Below, piece after piece: positions 62,895 through 64,000 of a stretch of DNA of 64,000 nt. The position numbers were made by a program, and so were the translations under genes. Under the pieces are notes generated by a model. That model worked only from the letters and a program-made list of their open reading frames with translations. It made no database searches and had not been told where the DNA came from. The stretch lies in NCBI RefSeq assembly GCF_001194135.2, contig NC_068987.1, positions 21,744,455 through 21,808,454 of the forward strand, read 5' to 3'. This stretch comes from Octopus bimaculoides. Its lineage: Eukaryota. The stretch's first letter is position 1. The number at the start of each line of letters is the position of its first letter.

Positions 62895-63361
62895 CTTTTA
62901 CTCTTTTACTTGTTTCAGTCATTTGACTGCGGCCATGCTGGAGCATCGCCTTTAGTCGAGCAAATCGACCCCAGGACTTATTCTTTGGAAGCCTAGTACT
63001 TATTCTATCAGTCTCTTTGCTGAACTGCTAAGTTACAGGGACGTAAACACACCACCATTGTTTGTCAAGCAATGTTGAGGGGGACAAACACAGACACACA
63101 AACATATACATACATACACANNNNNNNNNNNNNNNNNNNNNNNNNNNNNNNNNNNNNNNNNNNNNNNNNNNNNNNNNNNNNNNNNNNNNNNTATACGACA
63201 GGCTTCTTTCAATTTTCGCCTACCAAATCTACTCACAAGGCTTTGGTTGGCCCGAGGCTATAGTAGAAGACACTTGCCCAAGGTGCCACGCAGTGGGAAT
63301 GAACCCGGAACCATGTGGTTGGTAAGCAAGCTACTTACCACACAGCCACTCCTGCGCCTAT
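62895..63361 (-). mobile_element. tRNA-derived SINE family A with internal (TA)/(TG) microsatellite
   Basis: Head AGGCGCAGGAGTGGCTGTGTGGTAAG..; CORE-like CACCTTGGGCAAGTGTCTT; tail GGCGGTGCTCCAGCATGGCCGCAGTCAAATGACTGAAACAAGTAAAAGAG. Other copies at 1-226 (+), 12959-13590 (+, two tandem), 15385-15860 (-), 28081-28323 (-), 36380-36750 (-) and 56596-56897 (-). Confidence 0.88.
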
Positions 63362-63513
63362 AGCAGAAACATCTTTAATCATAAGTCTGCTCAGTTAAGG
63401 CTGATTGGGACTATATGGTAACAACCTGCCACCATGTCAAACAAAGGGAAGCATGGGAGAGATTTTATTATATGTGGGTAGAAAGGAGATAAGCAAATTG
63501 ATAAGTTACTTAC

Positions 63514-63686
63514 AAGGACGTGTACTGTCGGTTGGTGTGACAACTCGGTTAAAAATGGCATGTCGCCAGGATCCTCTGCGTGTCGGTGTTGCCATAACGG
63601 AACTTTGGTCATCAAAGGATGAACAAACTGAAGACGAAGCGCTCTCAGGGGACAGCTGAGCCATACTGCTGCCAGAGATGAGAAAC
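63514..63686 (-). CDS. TBC1D1: TBC1D1/TBC1D4-family Rab-GAP, coding exon A (upstream exons lie beyond the window)
   Basis: Acceptor ttttctctag, donor T|GTAAGT, 173 nt, phase 2 to 1. Encodes FLISGSSMAQLSPESASSSVCSSFDDQSSVMATPTRRGSWRHAIFNRVVTPTDSTRP, matching the SWRQxIFLRVA(T/S)P block of TBC1D1/4. Confidence 0.9.
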
Positions 63687-64000
63687 CTAGAGAAAATAGA
63701 GAAATCATAGCTGACATGGTGTTTATATATAGGAGGAAAGCAGGGAATGAAAAAGAGATAGAGTGAGAAGTGAGAGAGATAGCTAGATAGAGACAAAGAT
63801 AATGACATCTATTAAAAGATAACAGAGAGAGAGAGAGAGAGAGAAAAAGATGAAATGAGAGAAAGGAGGGAATAAGGAATGACTGTGTGTGGGAGTTATA
63901 GAAAATGTTTATAAAGTTGAAAGAGGAAGGAGAGAGAAATCGAGAAAGTTCACAAATGGAAAAATTTGCTGGATTAATAGACAAAAAAATATTGTTCAAT

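Overview
AT-rich, microsatellite- and SINE-dense animal genomic DNA with many N gaps. The repeat families and base composition suggest a coleoid cephalopod such as Octopus (inference). The one clear protein-coding gene is the 3' half of a TBC1D1/TBC1D4 (AS160; Drosophila pollux) family Rab-GAP on the minus strand. I reconstructed eight GT-AG exons with consistent phases, from 63686 down to the stop at 18337. They include the calmodulin-binding helix, the Arg finger (RTFP) and the Gln finger (GYCQG). One conserved TBC exon (VPR..RGEIW...HAILIDL equivalent) is not visible and probably lies in the gap at 28324-28585. A 32.3-kb intron (29075-61369) holds a CpG-retaining, promoter-like island, a candidate frame-preserving 45-nt cassette exon and a 69-nt pre-miRNA-shaped hairpin. 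The rest is transposon-derived: at least five SINE families, some in head-to-tail arrays; a decayed Gypsy LTR-PBS-gag 5' end; an RLE-type (HERO-like) non-LTR remnant; two CR1/L2-group LINE 3' ends; a Penelope-like RT core fragment; a Tc1/mariner remnant; and piggyBac, hAT and pogo/Tigger MITEs, several nested and with exact target-site duplications. Most ORFs in the supplied track are artefacts of N gaps or microsatellites. Family assignments come from remembered consensus motifs, not from database searches.
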